NCBI GenBank assembly: GCA_039928675.1
Contig: JBDSSR010000050.1
Span: 1 to 45,498, forward strand
Direction: 5' to 3'
Length of the DNA stretch: 45,498 bases
DNA from: Sphingomicrobium sp.
GTDB taxonomy: Bacteria > Pseudomonadota > Alphaproteobacteria > Sphingomonadales > Sphingomonadaceae
The position numbers and the translations under genes are program-made. This document shows, one piece after another, positions 10,336 through 20,466 of this stretch. Each line of letters opens with the position of its first letter. Position 1 is the first letter of the stretch. The notes under the pieces are model-generated. The model was not told the DNA's origin, did not search any database, and saw only the letters and a list, made by a program, of their open reading frames with translations.

Positions 10336-11277
10336 ATGCAAACCTACCTTGATTTTGAAAAACCGATCGCCGAGCTCGATGAGCGGATTGCGGCACTTCG
10401 CGAAACCGCAAGCTCCGGCGCCGTCGACATCGATGCCGAGATCGCCCGGCTGGAAGCCAAGTCGAGCAAGCTTCTGCGCGAAACCTACGCCAGGCTGACG
10501 CCCTGGCAGAAGGCGCAGGTCGCGCGTCACCCGGAGAGGCCGCACTTCCGCGATTATGTCGCGGGCATCGCCGAGGATTTCGTCCCGCTGTCCGGCGATC
10601 GAGCATTTGCCGACGATCCTGCAATCATCGGCGGACTAGCGCGGATCGATGGCCGTCGAGTGCTTCTGATCGGGCACGAAAAGGGCGACGACACCGCGTC
10701 GCGGGTCAAGCATAATTTCGGGATGGCCAGGCCGGAAGGGTATCGCAAGGCAGTCCGGCTGATGGAGCTTGCTGACAGGTTCGGAATTCCGGTTGTCAGC
10801 CTAGTTGACACCTCGGGCGCTTTTCCCGGAGTCGAAGCGGAAGAACGCGGCCAGGCCGAAGCAATTGCCCGATCGACCCAGGCCTGTCTTGCACTCAAGG
10901 TGCCGATGATCGCCGCAATCGTCGGCGAAGGCGGCTCGGGAGGAGCGGTCGCAATCGCTGCCGCAAACCGCGTCTTGATGTTCGAGAACGCGATCTATTC
11001 AGTGATTTCTCCCGAAGGCTGCGCATCGATCCTGTGGCGCACTTCGGCAAAGGCCGCCGAAGCTGCCGAAGCGATGCGGATTACCGCCGCCGACCTTCGT
11101 TCGCTGGGCGTCGTCGATCGAATCATCACTGAGCCCCTTGGCGGCGCGCAGCGCGATCCGGAGGCCGCAATCGGCGCGCTCAAGGGGGCGCTGGTCGAAG
11201 AGCTCGACGGCTTTGGCAAGCTGAGCGGGAAAACGCTTCGCGACCAGCGCCGGGCGAAGTTTCTCGCGATCGGCTGA
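10336..11277 (+). CDS. accA: Acetyl-CoA carboxylase carboxyltransferase alpha subunit
   Basis: YLDFEKPI, ARHPERP, GEGGSGGA, YSVISPEGCASILW motifs. Confidence 0.97.
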   Translation: MQTYLDFEKPIAELDERIAALRETASSGAVDIDAEIARLEAKSSKLLRETYARLTPWQKAQVARHPERPHFRDYVAGIAEDFVPLSGDRAFADDPAIIGGLARIDGRRVLLIGHEKGDDTASRVKHNFGMARPEGYRKAVRLMELADRFGIPVVSLVDTSGAFPGVEAEERGQAEAIARSTQACLALKVPMIAAIVGEGGSGGAVAIAAANRVLMFENAIYSVISPEGCASILWRTSAKAAEAAEAMRITAADLRSLGVVDRIITEPLGGAQRDPEAAIGALKGALVEELDGFGKLSGKTLRDQRRAKFLAIG

Positions 11278-11365
11278 GGCCCTCGGCTCACCGGACTCAA
11301 CCGGCTTAGTCATTCTCCGTTCAAATTCGCCGAGCCTATTGCGGGCGGAATGGAGGCAAAACCTG

Positions 11366-12838
11366 ATGCGAATTCGCGTACTTTGGCTGGTTACAGCCGC
11401 GCTTGCAATCACACCCGCGGCAGCGCAGCAGGGGCGGTATCTCAATCCCCGCGACATCGACCAGGCCCGGCGCGAACATGCGCAGATGCTGCAGGAGCTG
11501 GGCGGCGCGGAGACCGGGCCGCGGGCGAGTTACGTCGAATCGATCGGCCGCCGGGTAGGCAGCTATTCGGGCCTTGCGGCACCTGGCCAGCAGCTTCATT
11601 TCACGACCTTGAATTCGGCCGTGGAGAATGCCTTTTCGGTCGCTGGCGGATACGTCTACGTCACTCGCCAATTGCTGACGATCATGAACGACGAGTCGGA
11701 ATTGGCGTTCGCGCTTGGCCATGAAGTCGGCCACATCGCTGCCAACCACGCTCACATCCGCGAAGCCTATGTGCGGCGCAACCCGATGACGGTTTTCAGC
11801 CAGATGATCGGCGCGATGTTCGGCCAGTCGGGCATCAGCAACGCAATCGCTGCGCGTGCCAAGCTCGACTCGCTCAGTTTTTCTCGCGACCAAGAATATC
11901 AGGCAGATACGCTTGGCCTACGCTACATGATTGCCGCGGGCTACGATCCGGCCGGAGCAGCCGGGGTGCTTGGGGCGCTGAGCCGCGCCTCGGCGATGGA
12001 AACCCGGGTCCAGGGAAGGGCCAACCGGCAGACACCGGAGTGGGCCCGAACCCACCCGCTGAGCGAAAACCGAATGCAGCGCGCTCTACAGGAAGCCGCT
12101 GCAACGAGCCGGCTGGGCAAGGGCATTCGCAATCGCGATGCCTTTCTCAACGAGCTCGAAGGCGCATTTGTCGACGACGACCCGGCCCAGGGAATCATCG
12201 ATGGGCCGTTGTTCACCCATCCCGACCTGCGCATCCAGTTCGCCGTGCCGCCGGGCTATCTGATGTCCAACGGCACCTTTGCAGTGACGGTATCTGGTTC
12301 GGCCGGGCGAGCGCAATTCAGCGGTGGCCGCTATTCCGGCCCGCTCGACCAATATATCCTCGGGGTGTTCCGCCAGTTGACCGGCGGTGGTCAGATCCAG
12401 CTGAATATTCCGCCGCCGCGGCATATCGTCGTCAATGGCATGCCCGCCGCGGTGACAACCGCCCGCTACCAGAGCGTGTCCGGCCCGATCGATGCGAGCG
12501 TCGTCGCCTATCAATGGGATGAGGGCCACGTCTATCATTTCGTCATGGTGACCCAGGGCGGAACGGGGATTGGTCAGTTCACGCCGATGATCAATTCGCT
12601 GCGCCGGATTTCGGTCCAGGAAGCGGCCGCGATCCGGCCGCGAGTGATCCACGTCGTCACCGTTCGGCCCGGCGACACGGTTCAGTCGCTGGCATCGCAA
12701 ATGGCCTATCGCGATTTCAAGGTCGACCGGTTCGTTGCGCTGAACGGCTTGAGTGCAGGCGGCTTGCCACCGCCCGGCCAAAAGGTGAAATTGGTGATTT
12801 ACGGGCCCCGGCGCGCTCCGGCGCGGAGGCCTGCATGA
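11366..12838 (+). CDS. M48 family zinc metalloprotease with C-terminal LysM-like domain
   Basis: Signal peptide; NAF..GG; HEVGH; FSRDQEYQAD; THP; TVRPGDTVQSLA; GGAGG upstream. Confidence 0.9.
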   Translation: MRIRVLWLVTAALAITPAAAQQGRYLNPRDIDQARREHAQMLQELGGAETGPRASYVESIGRRVGSYSGLAAPGQQLHFTTLNSAVENAFSVAGGYVYVTRQLLTIMNDESELAFALGHEVGHIAANHAHIREAYVRRNPMTVFSQMIGAMFGQSGISNAIAARAKLDSLSFSRDQEYQADTLGLRYMIAAGYDPAGAAGVLGALSRASAMETRVQGRANRQTPEWARTHPLSENRMQRALQEAAATSRLGKGIRNRDAFLNELEGAFVDDDPAQGIIDGPLFTHPDLRIQFAVPPGYLMSNGTFAVTVSGSAGRAQFSGGRYSGPLDQYILGVFRQLTGGGQIQLNIPPPRHIVVNGMPAAVTTARYQSVSGPIDASVVAYQWDEGHVYHFVMVTQGGTGIGQFTPMINSLRRISVQEAAAIRPRVIHVVTVRPGDTVQSLASQMAYRDFKVDRFVALNGLSAGGLPPPGQKVKLVIYGPRRAPARRPA

Positions 12839-12854
12839 GTTCTGACCCGAAGGC

Positions 12855-13037
12855 CTACATCACTGCTCCGACATTGGTCTGAACGCGGCCCCACATGCTG
12901 CTTGAGCCGCCCGCCAAGCTCTGCAGGCCCACAATCATGGCAATGACGATCAGCCCACAAATCAAGCCATACTCAATGGCGGTTGCCCCACGCCGGCAGG
13001 CGGCGAGCACGCGCAATCTTTTACGGATAGCCATCAA
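12855..13037 (-). CDS. Flp family type IVb pilin
   Basis: Prepilin motif G|ATAIEYGLI followed by a hydrophobic helix; GAGGAGG upstream. Confidence 0.9.
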   Translation of the reverse strand: MMAIRKRLRVLAACRRGATAIEYGLICGLIVIAMIVGLQSLAGGSSSMWGRVQTNVGAVM

Positions 13038-13112
13038 GCCACCCTCCTCTGGTCCACGTCCACGGCGACAGGTCTATCCGTTGTGGGGTTAATAATTCTT
13101 CCCGCCAGACGG

Positions 13113-13880
13113 TTAATCGGGCTTCAGCCTTTGTCCGGACCAGGCAGCGAAGTGGAGGATTTCGAACAGCTCGACGGTGCGCCCGTCCTCGCCTGCCACA
13201 GCGAAAGCCTGCTCGGCCGCATTTCGAGCGCTTCGTCCAGCGAACCGCGGCCGTCGAGGGAGGATGTTGGTTGCTCCCATCGCCCGAAGGTCGCCGATAA
13301 GCCGGTCCAGCGAGCGATAGGCGACCTGCGCGCGGTCAATGTCAACGACCGGTCGAGCGAACCCCGCCTGATCAAGCAGCGGCGCAAGTGCGGCAGGCTC
13401 GATGCGCGGATGAACGTGCGGCGCTGCTGCGCCCGTCACCGCGTCCGCGGCGCGCATCGCCTGGCGCAATTGGGGCAGGCTGTTCCCACCCGCAACCGCG
13501 CCGATCAGCAAGCCGCCCGGAGCAAGGGCCCGGCGGATCTTTGCAAGCGCCAGCGGCAGATCGTTCACCGTATCGAGCGAGCCGATTGAAACGACAAGGT
13601 CATAGGCCAGCTCGGGCGCGTCCCAGCAGTCGTCCGCAACGGCATCGTCGAACAGTTCGACGCTGGCCGCGATCTGGCCCAGGCGGGGCAGCCAGTCGTC
13701 GCTTCGACTGCCGACCAGCAGTGCACGTTCGAATCGCCGATCGAGAAGTGCGAGCCGTTCCAGACAGTCGCCAAAGGCGCGCTCGTGGATGAACAGCTCG
13801 GGGCCCAGTCGGCGGGCCCGGGCACGGCGAAGCTCCCGAAGCTCCATGTCGAACAGCATAGGGTGGTCCGGCGGGGGCAT
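13113..13880 (-). CDS. SAM-dependent methyltransferase-like protein (BioC/NDUFAF5-like)
   Basis: YDLVVSIGSLDTVNDLP, LAPGGLLIG, PHVHPRI, DLRAMG motifs; divergent from comF. Confidence 0.8.
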   Translation of the reverse strand: MPPPDHPMLFDMELRELRRARARRLGPELFIHERAFGDCLERLALLDRRFERALLVGSRSDDWLPRLGQIAASVELFDDAVADDCWDAPELAYDLVVSIGSLDTVNDLPLALAKIRRALAPGGLLIGAVAGGNSLPQLRQAMRAADAVTGAAAPHVHPRIEPAALAPLLDQAGFARPVVDIDRAQVAYRSLDRLIGDLRAMGATNILPRRPRFAGRSARNAAEQAFAVAGEDGRTVELFEILHFAAWSGQRLKPD

Positions 13881-13923
13881 GGCGCGCTTGTGCGATGCGC
13901 GGAGGCAGGCGACAAGCAGTGCG

Positions 13924-14658
13924 ATGATCGCCGACCGAGCCCGCGCTGTCCTTCGCTGGATGCTCGACTTCGCACTTCCGCCGCGATGCGCCGGGTGCGG
14001 GGACATCGTCGGCGATGTTCACGGCTTTTGCGCCGACTGCTGGACCAAGGTCGATTTCCTCGGCGAGACGGGATGCGCGACCTGTGGCCTGCCGCTCGAG
14101 GCGACCGAGGCCGCGACGTGCGCCGCCTGTCTTGCCCGACCGCCAACAATCGCCCGCACGCGCTCGGCAGTCGCTTATGGCGAGATCAGTCGAGGGCTTG
14201 CTATCCGCCTGAAATATGGCCGCAAGGTCGCAATCGCCCGGACCATGGCGCGCTTCATGGCGCCGCTCGTCGGTCGGCCCGACGATCCCCTGCTGGTCCC
14301 GGTTCCACTTCACCGAACGCGGTTGTGGAGCCGCGGCTTCAACCAGTCGGCACTGGTCGCTCGCGAACTGTCCCGAAAACTGGGCATCGCGGTTGATCCG
14401 ATGGCGCTCAAGCGGGTTCGCCGCACTCCGCCGCTCAAGGGCATGAGTGCGTCGCAGCGGCGCAGGATCGTGGCCGGTGCCTTTCGCGTTTCCGACCAGT
14501 CGGCGGTGGCCGGACGAACAATAATCCTGGTCGACGACGTGTTGACCACCGGAAGCACCGCGGAGGCCTGTGCCCGGTCCCTCAAGCGCGCCGGCGCGGC
14601 TCGGGTCGAACTGGTCAGCTGGGCGCGGGTGGTCCGCCCGGCGCAGTTGATGCGCTGA
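13924..14658 (+). CDS. comF: ComF family protein (double zinc ribbon plus PRTase domain)
   Basis: Four CxxC motifs, VPVPLH, RGFNQS, LVDDVLTTGST; start approximate. Confidence 0.92.
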   Translation: MIADRARAVLRWMLDFALPPRCAGCGDIVGDVHGFCADCWTKVDFLGETGCATCGLPLEATEAATCAACLARPPTIARTRSAVAYGEISRGLAIRLKYGRKVAIARTMARFMAPLVGRPDDPLLVPVPLHRTRLWSRGFNQSALVARELSRKLGIAVDPMALKRVRRTPPLKGMSASQRRRIVAGAFRVSDQSAVAGRTIILVDDVLTTGSTAEACARSLKRAGAARVELVSWARVVRPAQLMR

Positions 14659-14695
14659 CGTTTATCCCTAAATGTCAGGGGCAAGGGAGTCGCTC

Positions 14696-14953
14696 GTGAA
14701 CAGCGTCGAAATTTATACAAAGACTTTTTGCGGCTATTGCTGGCGCGCGAAAATGATTCTTGAAAACAAAGGGATAGCATTCGCCGAAATCAGCGTCGAC
14801 GTGGGTGGTGAAGCGCGCGATCAAATGCTTGTCCGGGCCAACGGGCGGTCGACTGTGCCGCAGATTTTCATCGGCGAGACCCACGTTGGCGGCTGCGACG
14901 AGCTTGTCGAACTCGAGCGCGCTGGAAAGCTCGACGCGCTGATCGCCGCCTGA
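14696..14953 (+). CDS. grxC: Glutaredoxin 3
   Basis: CGYC active site, TVPQIFI, GGCD; GTG after GGGAG. Confidence 0.93.
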   Translation: MNSVEIYTKTFCGYCWRAKMILENKGIAFAEISVDVGGEARDQMLVRANGRSTVPQIFIGETHVGGCDELVELERAGKLDALIAA

Positions 14954-14956
14954 TCA

Positions 14957-15784
14957 ATGACCCGGATCGCGCTGTTCCAGTCGACCACCGGGATCGATCC
15001 CGACACGAATGCCCAGGCGCTTGCGAAGGCGATCGCGCAAGCGGCGGCCGGCGGCGCGGCAATCCTCTTCACTCCCGAAATGTCGGGACTGCTTGATCGC
15101 GACACCGCGCGGGCCCGGCCCCGGCTTCATGGTGAAGCCGACGATCCGGTTCTGGCAGCGTCGCGTGAAGCGGCGAGGAAGCACGGCATATGGCTCCACC
15201 TGGGTTCACTCGGGGTGTTGGTGGAGGGTGACAAGGTCGCCAACCGCGGGTTCGTCATCGACCGCGAGGGCGTGATCCGCGGCCGCTATGACAAGCTCCA
15301 TTTGTTCGACGTCGATCTTCCGACAGGCGAGATTTGGCGCGAATCCAATACCTATTCTGCCGGAAACCGAGTGACCTTGGTCAACGGAACTCCGGTGGGC
15401 AAGCTTGGCCTGACGATCTGCTACGACCTTCGCTTCCCGGCCTTGTTTGCCAAACTTGCCGAAGCCGATGCCGATGTCATTGCGGTGCCGGCGGCCTTCA
15501 CCGTGCCGACTGGCAAGGCGCATTGGCACGTACTTCTTCGCGCCCGCGCAATCGAAGCCGGGCTGTTCGTGATCGCCGCTGCGCAGTCGGGCACCCACGA
15601 GGACGGACGCACCACTTTTGGTCACAGCCTGGTGGTTGATCCATGGGGCGAAGTGCTGCTCGACATGGGCGAGGGTAACGGCGTTGGCTTCGCAGATATC
15701 GACCTTAAGCAGATTTCGGAGGTTCGCGCGCGCATCCCGTCGCTTCGCCATCGCCGTCCGATTCCGGATGTTGGCGCCAACTGA
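14957..15784 (+). CDS. Carbon-nitrogen hydrolase (Nit1-like deaminated-glutathione amidase)
   Basis: PE, YDKLHLFDV, ICYDLRFP catalytic triad motifs; LRARAIE. Confidence 0.9.
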   Translation: MTRIALFQSTTGIDPDTNAQALAKAIAQAAAGGAAILFTPEMSGLLDRDTARARPRLHGEADDPVLAASREAARKHGIWLHLGSLGVLVEGDKVANRGFVIDREGVIRGRYDKLHLFDVDLPTGEIWRESNTYSAGNRVTLVNGTPVGKLGLTICYDLRFPALFAKLAEADADVIAVPAAFTVPTGKAHWHVLLRARAIEAGLFVIAAAQSGTHEDGRTTFGHSLVVDPWGEVLLDMGEGNGVGFADIDLKQISEVRARIPSLRHRRPIPDVGAN

Positions 15785-15836
15785 TCCACTCGATCAATTG
15801 ATTGGGAAGCCGTCCCTGCGTATTCGGATGGTCGGC

Positions 15837-15913
15837 GGCCCCGTAGCTCAGCAGGATAGAGCGGCAGATTCCTAATCTGTAGGCCACTGGTTCGAATCCA
15901 GTCGGGGTCACCA
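15837..15913 (+). tRNA. tRNA-Arg (anticodon CCT)
   Basis: 77-nt cloverleaf GGCCCCG...CGGGGTC-ACCA; anticodon loop TTCCTAA; T-loop GTTCGAATC. Confidence 0.97.
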
Positions 15914-15936
15914 CGCGGCTTTTTTTGAGGTGGGGA

Positions 15937-16218
15937 ATGGAGACGCAACAGCGCGAAATCGGGCCGGTCGGAGTGGTCCACCGGATGTTTTTCGAACACC
16001 CGCGCTCATTGGGCATGACCTGGCTCGGCCATGGCGTCGGCGCAGTGAAGATCGGGGCTGTGCTGGTCTCGGCGGGGCTGGCCTGCATCGTTCATGCCGT
16101 CGTTCCCGCCTGGTTCACCCAGACCGCGGGCAGAAAAGTTGCCGGGCTCCACGCCCACATGGTCGATCGCAAGGCGAATTCCGCCGACCCCGGCAACTGG
16201 CCAGACTATGAAATCTGA
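15937..16218 (+). CDS. Small membrane protein, DUF6356-like
   Basis: FFEHPRSLGMTWLGH, one TM helix, CIVHAVVPAWFTQTA; family recognised from memory. Confidence 0.7.
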   Translation: METQQREIGPVGVVHRMFFEHPRSLGMTWLGHGVGAVKIGAVLVSAGLACIVHAVVPAWFTQTAGRKVAGLHAHMVDRKANSADPGNWPDYEI

Positions 16219-17527
16219 CCGGGGTCTCCCGGTTGCGATCATTGGCGGCGGGTTTTCAGGCACCATGCTCGCCGCCCAGCTCGCTCGGCGTGGAATCGCG
16301 TCGGTCCTGATCGACGGCAGCGGCCGGATGGGGCGCGGGGTGGCCTATTCGACAACCGAGGGCGCGCACTTGCTCAATGTCCGGACTGAGGAAATGAGCG
16401 CATGGTCGGGCGAGAGCGAGCACTTCGCCCGGTCCTTCGCGCCCGGGGATCATGACCCGCGCGGCTTTGCCGAGCGGCGCCAGTTCGGGCGGTATCTCGG
16501 CACAATTCTCGACGAAGCGGTAGCCAGCGGCAAAGCGACGCCGGTCCAGGCGAGCGCGATCGGCGCGGCCCGCTCCGGTCCCGGCTGGCGGGTCGATCTC
16601 GACACTGGCGAAAGCGTCGAAGCCGCGGCGGTCGCGCTTGCGCTTGGTAATCAGCAACCCGAAGCGTTGCGCGCTCTGGCCGGAGCCGGGCCGCGCTTCA
16701 TTGCCGACCCGTGGGCCGCGGATTCACGCGCCGCGGTTGCCGATCTGGCCCGGACTGGCGAGGCGGCGCTGCTGGTCGGCACCGGTTTGACGATGGTCGA
16801 CCTGGTGCTGTCGCTCAATTCGGCTGGACACCGGGGGCATATCGTCGCGCTGTCGCGCCGCGGGCTGGTTCCCCGTTCGCACGCCGACGTCGACCCTGCG
16901 CCGGTCGAGCGCGAGGCGATCCCGTTCGGCAATTTGCGCGGCCTTGTGCGCTGGATTCGCTTGACCAGCGCGCAAGTCGGCTGGCGCGCCGCGATCGACA
17001 GCCTGCGCCCGCACAGCCAGCCGCTGTGGCAATCGCTTGGCAACGACCAGCAGCGCCGCTTCCTTCGTCATGCCCGGCCGTGGTGGGATGTTCATCGCCA
17101 CCGCATTGCTCCCGAGGTCGGCCACCTGATCGCGCAACTGGTGGGGGAAGGACGGCTCCAGATCATTGCCGGACGGATCACCGGCGCCAGTGCCTCGGGC
17201 CTGGGACTCGATATCGCATTTCAGCGCCGCGGCGAAGGTACGGTCCGGACGGAGTCCTTCGCTTACGCATTCAATTGTACCGGGCCGTTGCACCTGATCG
17301 CACGAACCCGCGATCGCTTGCTTCGAAGCCTCCTCGACAGCGGGGAAATCCGGCCTGACGGTCTTGGCATTGGCCTCGATGTCGACGGGCAGGCTCGAGC
17401 AGGTGCGCGGCTTTGGGCACTTGGGCCCCTGACCAAGGGCCGGTATTGGGAAATCGTCGCAGTGCCTGATATCCGGGAGCAGGCGGCAGCCGTAGCCAAG
17501 GACATTGAAACGGAGCTTGGGAGATGA
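16208..17527 (+). CDS. FAD/NAD(P)-binding protein (YdhS-like)
   Basis: [43 protein letters not shown] motifs. Confidence 0.88.
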   Translation: MKSDRGLPVAIIGGGFSGTMLAAQLARRGIASVLIDGSGRMGRGVAYSTTEGAHLLNVRTEEMSAWSGESEHFARSFAPGDHDPRGFAERRQFGRYLGTILDEAVASGKATPVQASAIGAARSGPGWRVDLDTGESVEAAAVALALGNQQPEALRALAGAGPRFIADPWAADSRAAVADLARTGEAALLVGTGLTMVDLVLSLNSAGHRGHIVALSRRGLVPRSHADVDPAPVEREAIPFGNLRGLVRWIRLTSAQVGWRAAIDSLRPHSQPLWQSLGNDQQRRFLRHARPWWDVHRHRIAPEVGHLIAQLVGEGRLQIIAGRITGASASGLGLDIAFQRRGEGTVRTESFAYAFNCTGPLHLIARTRDRLLRSLLDSGEIRPDGLGIGLDVDGQARAGARLWALGPLTKGRYWEIVAVPDIREQAAAVAKDIETELGR

Positions 17528-18141
17528 GCGATCACGGCGATCCGGAAGACGGCGACCTCGTCGAATCGTCGCCCGAATGTCCCATTCCAGCCGACGTGTC
17601 GGAGGCAATCCGGACCCTCATTCGCTGGGCCGGTGACGATCCTGCGCGCGAAGGTCTGCGCGACACGCCTCGGCGGGTAGCGCGCGCCTGGCGCGAATAT
17701 TTCCGTGGCTACGGCGAAGATCCCGCAATCCACCTTCATCGCACGTTCGACGAGGTTGGCGGCTATGACGAAATCGTTCTTCTCAAGGACATTCCGTTCC
17801 AGTCCCACTGCGAGCATCACCTCGCGCCGATTATCGGCAAGGCATCGATTGCGTATCTGCCCGGCGACAAGGTTGTCGGGATCAGCAAGCTTGCCCGGGT
17901 TCTCCACGGATATGCCAAACGGCTCCAGGTGCAGGAACGACTGACCGCGCAGGTGGCCGACGCCATCTGGCAACATCTGGAGCCCAAGGGCGTCGCGGTG
18001 GTAATCGAGGCGAGCCACGCCTGCATGACGTCACGCGGGGTGGCCACTCCGGGGGTGATGATGACCACCAGCCGGATGATGGGCACGTTCCGTGAGGACG
18101 AGCGAAGCCGCCGCGAAGTGCTTGCGTTGATGGGCTATTGA
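17524..18141 (+). CDS. folE: GTP cyclohydrolase I
   Basis: [41 protein letters not shown]. Confidence 0.97.
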   Translation: MSDHGDPEDGDLVESSPECPIPADVSEAIRTLIRWAGDDPAREGLRDTPRRVARAWREYFRGYGEDPAIHLHRTFDEVGGYDEIVLLKDIPFQSHCEHHLAPIIGKASIAYLPGDKVVGISKLARVLHGYAKRLQVQERLTAQVADAIWQHLEPKGVAVVIEASHACMTSRGVATPGVMMTTSRMMGTFREDERSRREVLALMGY

Positions 18142-18154
18142 CCCGGGCGGCAAA

Positions 18155-18184
18155 CGGGGCGGCCCCATTGCTGGAATCGCCCCG
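18155..18184. terminator. Hairpin between convergent folE and PA2169-family genes
   Basis: CGGGGCG...CGCCCCG stem; only a short A-run on the left side. Confidence 0.4.
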
Positions 18185-18227
18185 CGTGCGCCCGTCCGGA
18201 ATTCCGTTCGGCGGCTTGTTTAGCTGA

Positions 18228-18686
18228 TTAGGCCGACGCTTCGAGACCGTGCTTGAGTTCGCTCATCTGGTCGTGGCCTGACTTGACCGACTGGAAGGCG
18301 CTTTCGACCACCGAGCGGCTTTCGCTGCTCAGATGTTCGCTGTTCAGCGCGGTCTCGAACTTTTCCTTGAGATAATCCTCACCGCGCTCCACCTCGTTGA
18401 TGATCGACTGGTCGTCGCGCCCGGTGATCGCGGCCTTGAGATCAAGGAAGCGCTGGTGGGTAGCGCCCATGAACGATCCATCGTCCTCGGGATTACCGCC
18501 AAGGCGCTGAACTTCGGCGCGAAGCTGTTCGACGACCTTCTGGCGCTCGCTTGCGCGGTCGCGGAAGAGTTGCTGGAAACGGCCCGAATCGCTGTTCGAA
18601 GCAGCGTCTTCGTAGCCCTTGATGCTGTCGATGGTGGTCGCGATCAGCGTGTTCAGCGCAACGATGTCGTCCTTTTGCTCGGTCAT
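18228..18686 (-). CDS. PA2169/DUF2383 family four-helix-bundle (ferritin-like) protein
   Basis: LNTLIATTIDSIKGY, GGNPEDDGS, EVERGEDY motifs; GGAG upstream. Confidence 0.88.
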   Translation of the reverse strand: MTEQKDDIVALNTLIATTIDSIKGYEDAASNSDSGRFQQLFRDRASERQKVVEQLRAEVQRLGGNPEDDGSFMGATHQRFLDLKAAITGRDDQSIINEVERGEDYLKEKFETALNSEHLSSESRSVVESAFQSVKSGHDQMSELKHGLEASA

Positions 18687-18828
18687 TCTCAAATCTCCGT
18701 AAAAAGGGGTTCGGACGGTCAACGCATGAGCAGCCAAGCGGATGCTCTGGCGGAACCCCGGAGCGAGGCGTAAACCGCAAATTGAGCGCGCTTCACCGCT
18801 CGCGCGTTCAAGTGCAGGGGGATGGACG

Positions 18829-20466
18829 ATGGGACTGACAAGGCGCGGGTTGCTAGAGGCGATGGGCTCGATCGGTGGCGCCGGCGCTGCCTATGCGGCG
18901 ATGGAAACGCTTGGACTTGCCGTTCCATCGCCCGCCGGGGCAGAGAATTTCGCGCTTGACCGCAACTCAGGCGGGGGCCGCTCGGTCGTGATTCTCGGAG
19001 CGGGCATTGCCGGGCTCGTTTCGGCCTATGAGCTTGGCCGCGCCGGGTACAAGGTCACGGTTCTAGAAGCCCGCAACCGCATAGGCGGGCGGGCGTGGAC
19101 GATCCGCGGAGGCGACCGAATCGTCCAGACCGGCCGTCCCGACCAGGTCGCAAGCTTTGCCCCGGGGGAATATTTCAACCCCGGCCCGACGCGCATTCCG
19201 AGCACCCACCGCGGAATTCTGAGCTATGCCCGCCGGTTCGGAGTCGCGCTCCAACCTTTCGTCAACGGCAACCGCAATGCCGGCTGGGATTTCGCCGGCA
19301 AGGTCCAGCCCGAGCGGCGGATGGTGTTCGACATGCATGGCCATATGTCGGAACTGCTGGCCAAGGCGATCGACCAGCATGCGCTGGATAAGCAAGTCCC
19401 CAAGGGTGAACTGACCATGATGCGCGAATTTTTAGGCTTCTACGGCCAGCTTGACGACAAGGGCCGCTACGTTCCCAACGGCTCATCGGGCTATTCAACC
19501 AATCCGGGTGGCTACGGCCAGGTTCCGATTGCCTTGCCGCCGCTTGGCCCTGCCGAGCTCGCTCCGACTCGCGCGGTCGGGCTGCCTTATGTGTTCGAAA
19601 GCATCTGGGACATGCAGGCGACGATGCTCCAGCCGATTGGCGGGATGGATCGCATCGTCCACGCGATCTACGACCAAGTGAAGCCCACGGTGCGGCTCGG
19701 CACCGAGGTCAATGCAATCCGCCGCATCGGTCCGAAAGTTCGCATCGAACATGGGCCCGGGCATCAGGCGACCGAGGCGGATTATTGCATTTGCACACTG
19801 CCGCTGCCGATACTGAAGCGAATCCCGAGCGATTTTTCGACTTCAAAGAAGGCGGCCATGGCAGCGGCTCCGGGCTATATCCACAGCGTCAAGGCGGCGT
19901 TCGAAGCGCCGCGATTCTGGGAAACAGACGACAATATCTTCGGCGGTCTGGCGTGGACCGACCGCCTCAACGAAAATGTCATCTACCCATCACATGACCT
20001 GGGGTCGCCGCGCGGTGTCCTCGTCGCGGCCTATGCCGCGGGCTGGACCAACGATGACAATCCCGACCGCTTCTCGAATCTCAGTCACGAGGAGCGGTTT
20101 CAGATTTGCCGCGACTCGATCGAAGCGTTCCATCCGGGCCGGTCGCATCTGCTGTCAAAGGGCGTGACCGTGGCCTGGGGCCTGACTCCGTTTTCCGAAG
20201 GCGTTGGACCAATGTGGCCCGACGAGCCGCGGGTTGGCGGAGCCGGTCGCGGGCCGGACTATGCCGAGCTTTTCCGGCCGGAAGGACCGATTCTTTTTGC
20301 CGGAGAGCACCTCAGCTACCAGCAGACGTGGCAGGAGGGGGGCGTGGTGTCGGCCCAGGCCGCGCTGCAATTGCTTGCGCAGATGCGCAAAGGCGTGTCC
20401 GCCAAAGTCTGGCGTAATCGACGCGCGCGCCATAGACTGGTTGACCAGGAGGTTTTCAGCCCATGA
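18829..20466 (+). CDS. Tat-exported flavin monoamine oxidase / L-amino-acid oxidase family protein
   Basis: LTRRGLL twin-arginine signal; GAGIAG, EARNRIGGR, GGMD, FAGEH motifs. Confidence 0.9.
   Translation: MGLTRRGLLEAMGSIGGAGAAYAAMETLGLAVPSPAGAENFALDRNSGGGRSVVILGAGIAGLVSAYELGRAGYKVTVLEARNRIGGRAWTIRGGDRIVQTGRPDQVASFAPGEYFNPGPTRIPSTHRGILSYARRFGVALQPFVNGNRNAGWDFAGKVQPERRMVFDMHGHMSELLAKAIDQHALDKQVPKGELTMMREFLGFYGQLDDKGRYVPNGSSGYSTNPGGYGQVPIALPPLGPAELAPTRAVGLPYVFESIWDMQATMLQPIGGMDRIVHAIYDQVKPTVRLGTEVNAIRRIGPKVRIEHGPGHQATEADYCICTLPLPILKRIPSDFSTSKKAAMAAAPGYIHSVKAAFEAPRFWETDDNIFGGLAWTDRLNENVIYPSHDLGSPRGVLVAAYAAGWTNDDNPDRFSNLSHEERFQICRDSIEAFHPGRSHLLSKGVTVAWGLTPFSEGVGPMWPDEPRVGGAGRGPDYAELFRPEGPILFAGEHLSYQQTWQEGGVVSAQAALQLLAQMRKGVSAKVWRNRRARHRLVDQEVFSP

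Noticed and set aside
15837-18141. Genomic island integrated at tRNA-Arg
   Set aside because: No integrase, no duplicated tRNA 3' end found by eye, no evident compositional shift
20385-20466. Possible frameshift causing the basic C-terminal tail of the amine oxidase
   Set aside because: The ORF ends in a normal ATGA overlap with the next gene; cannot be called without homolog alignment
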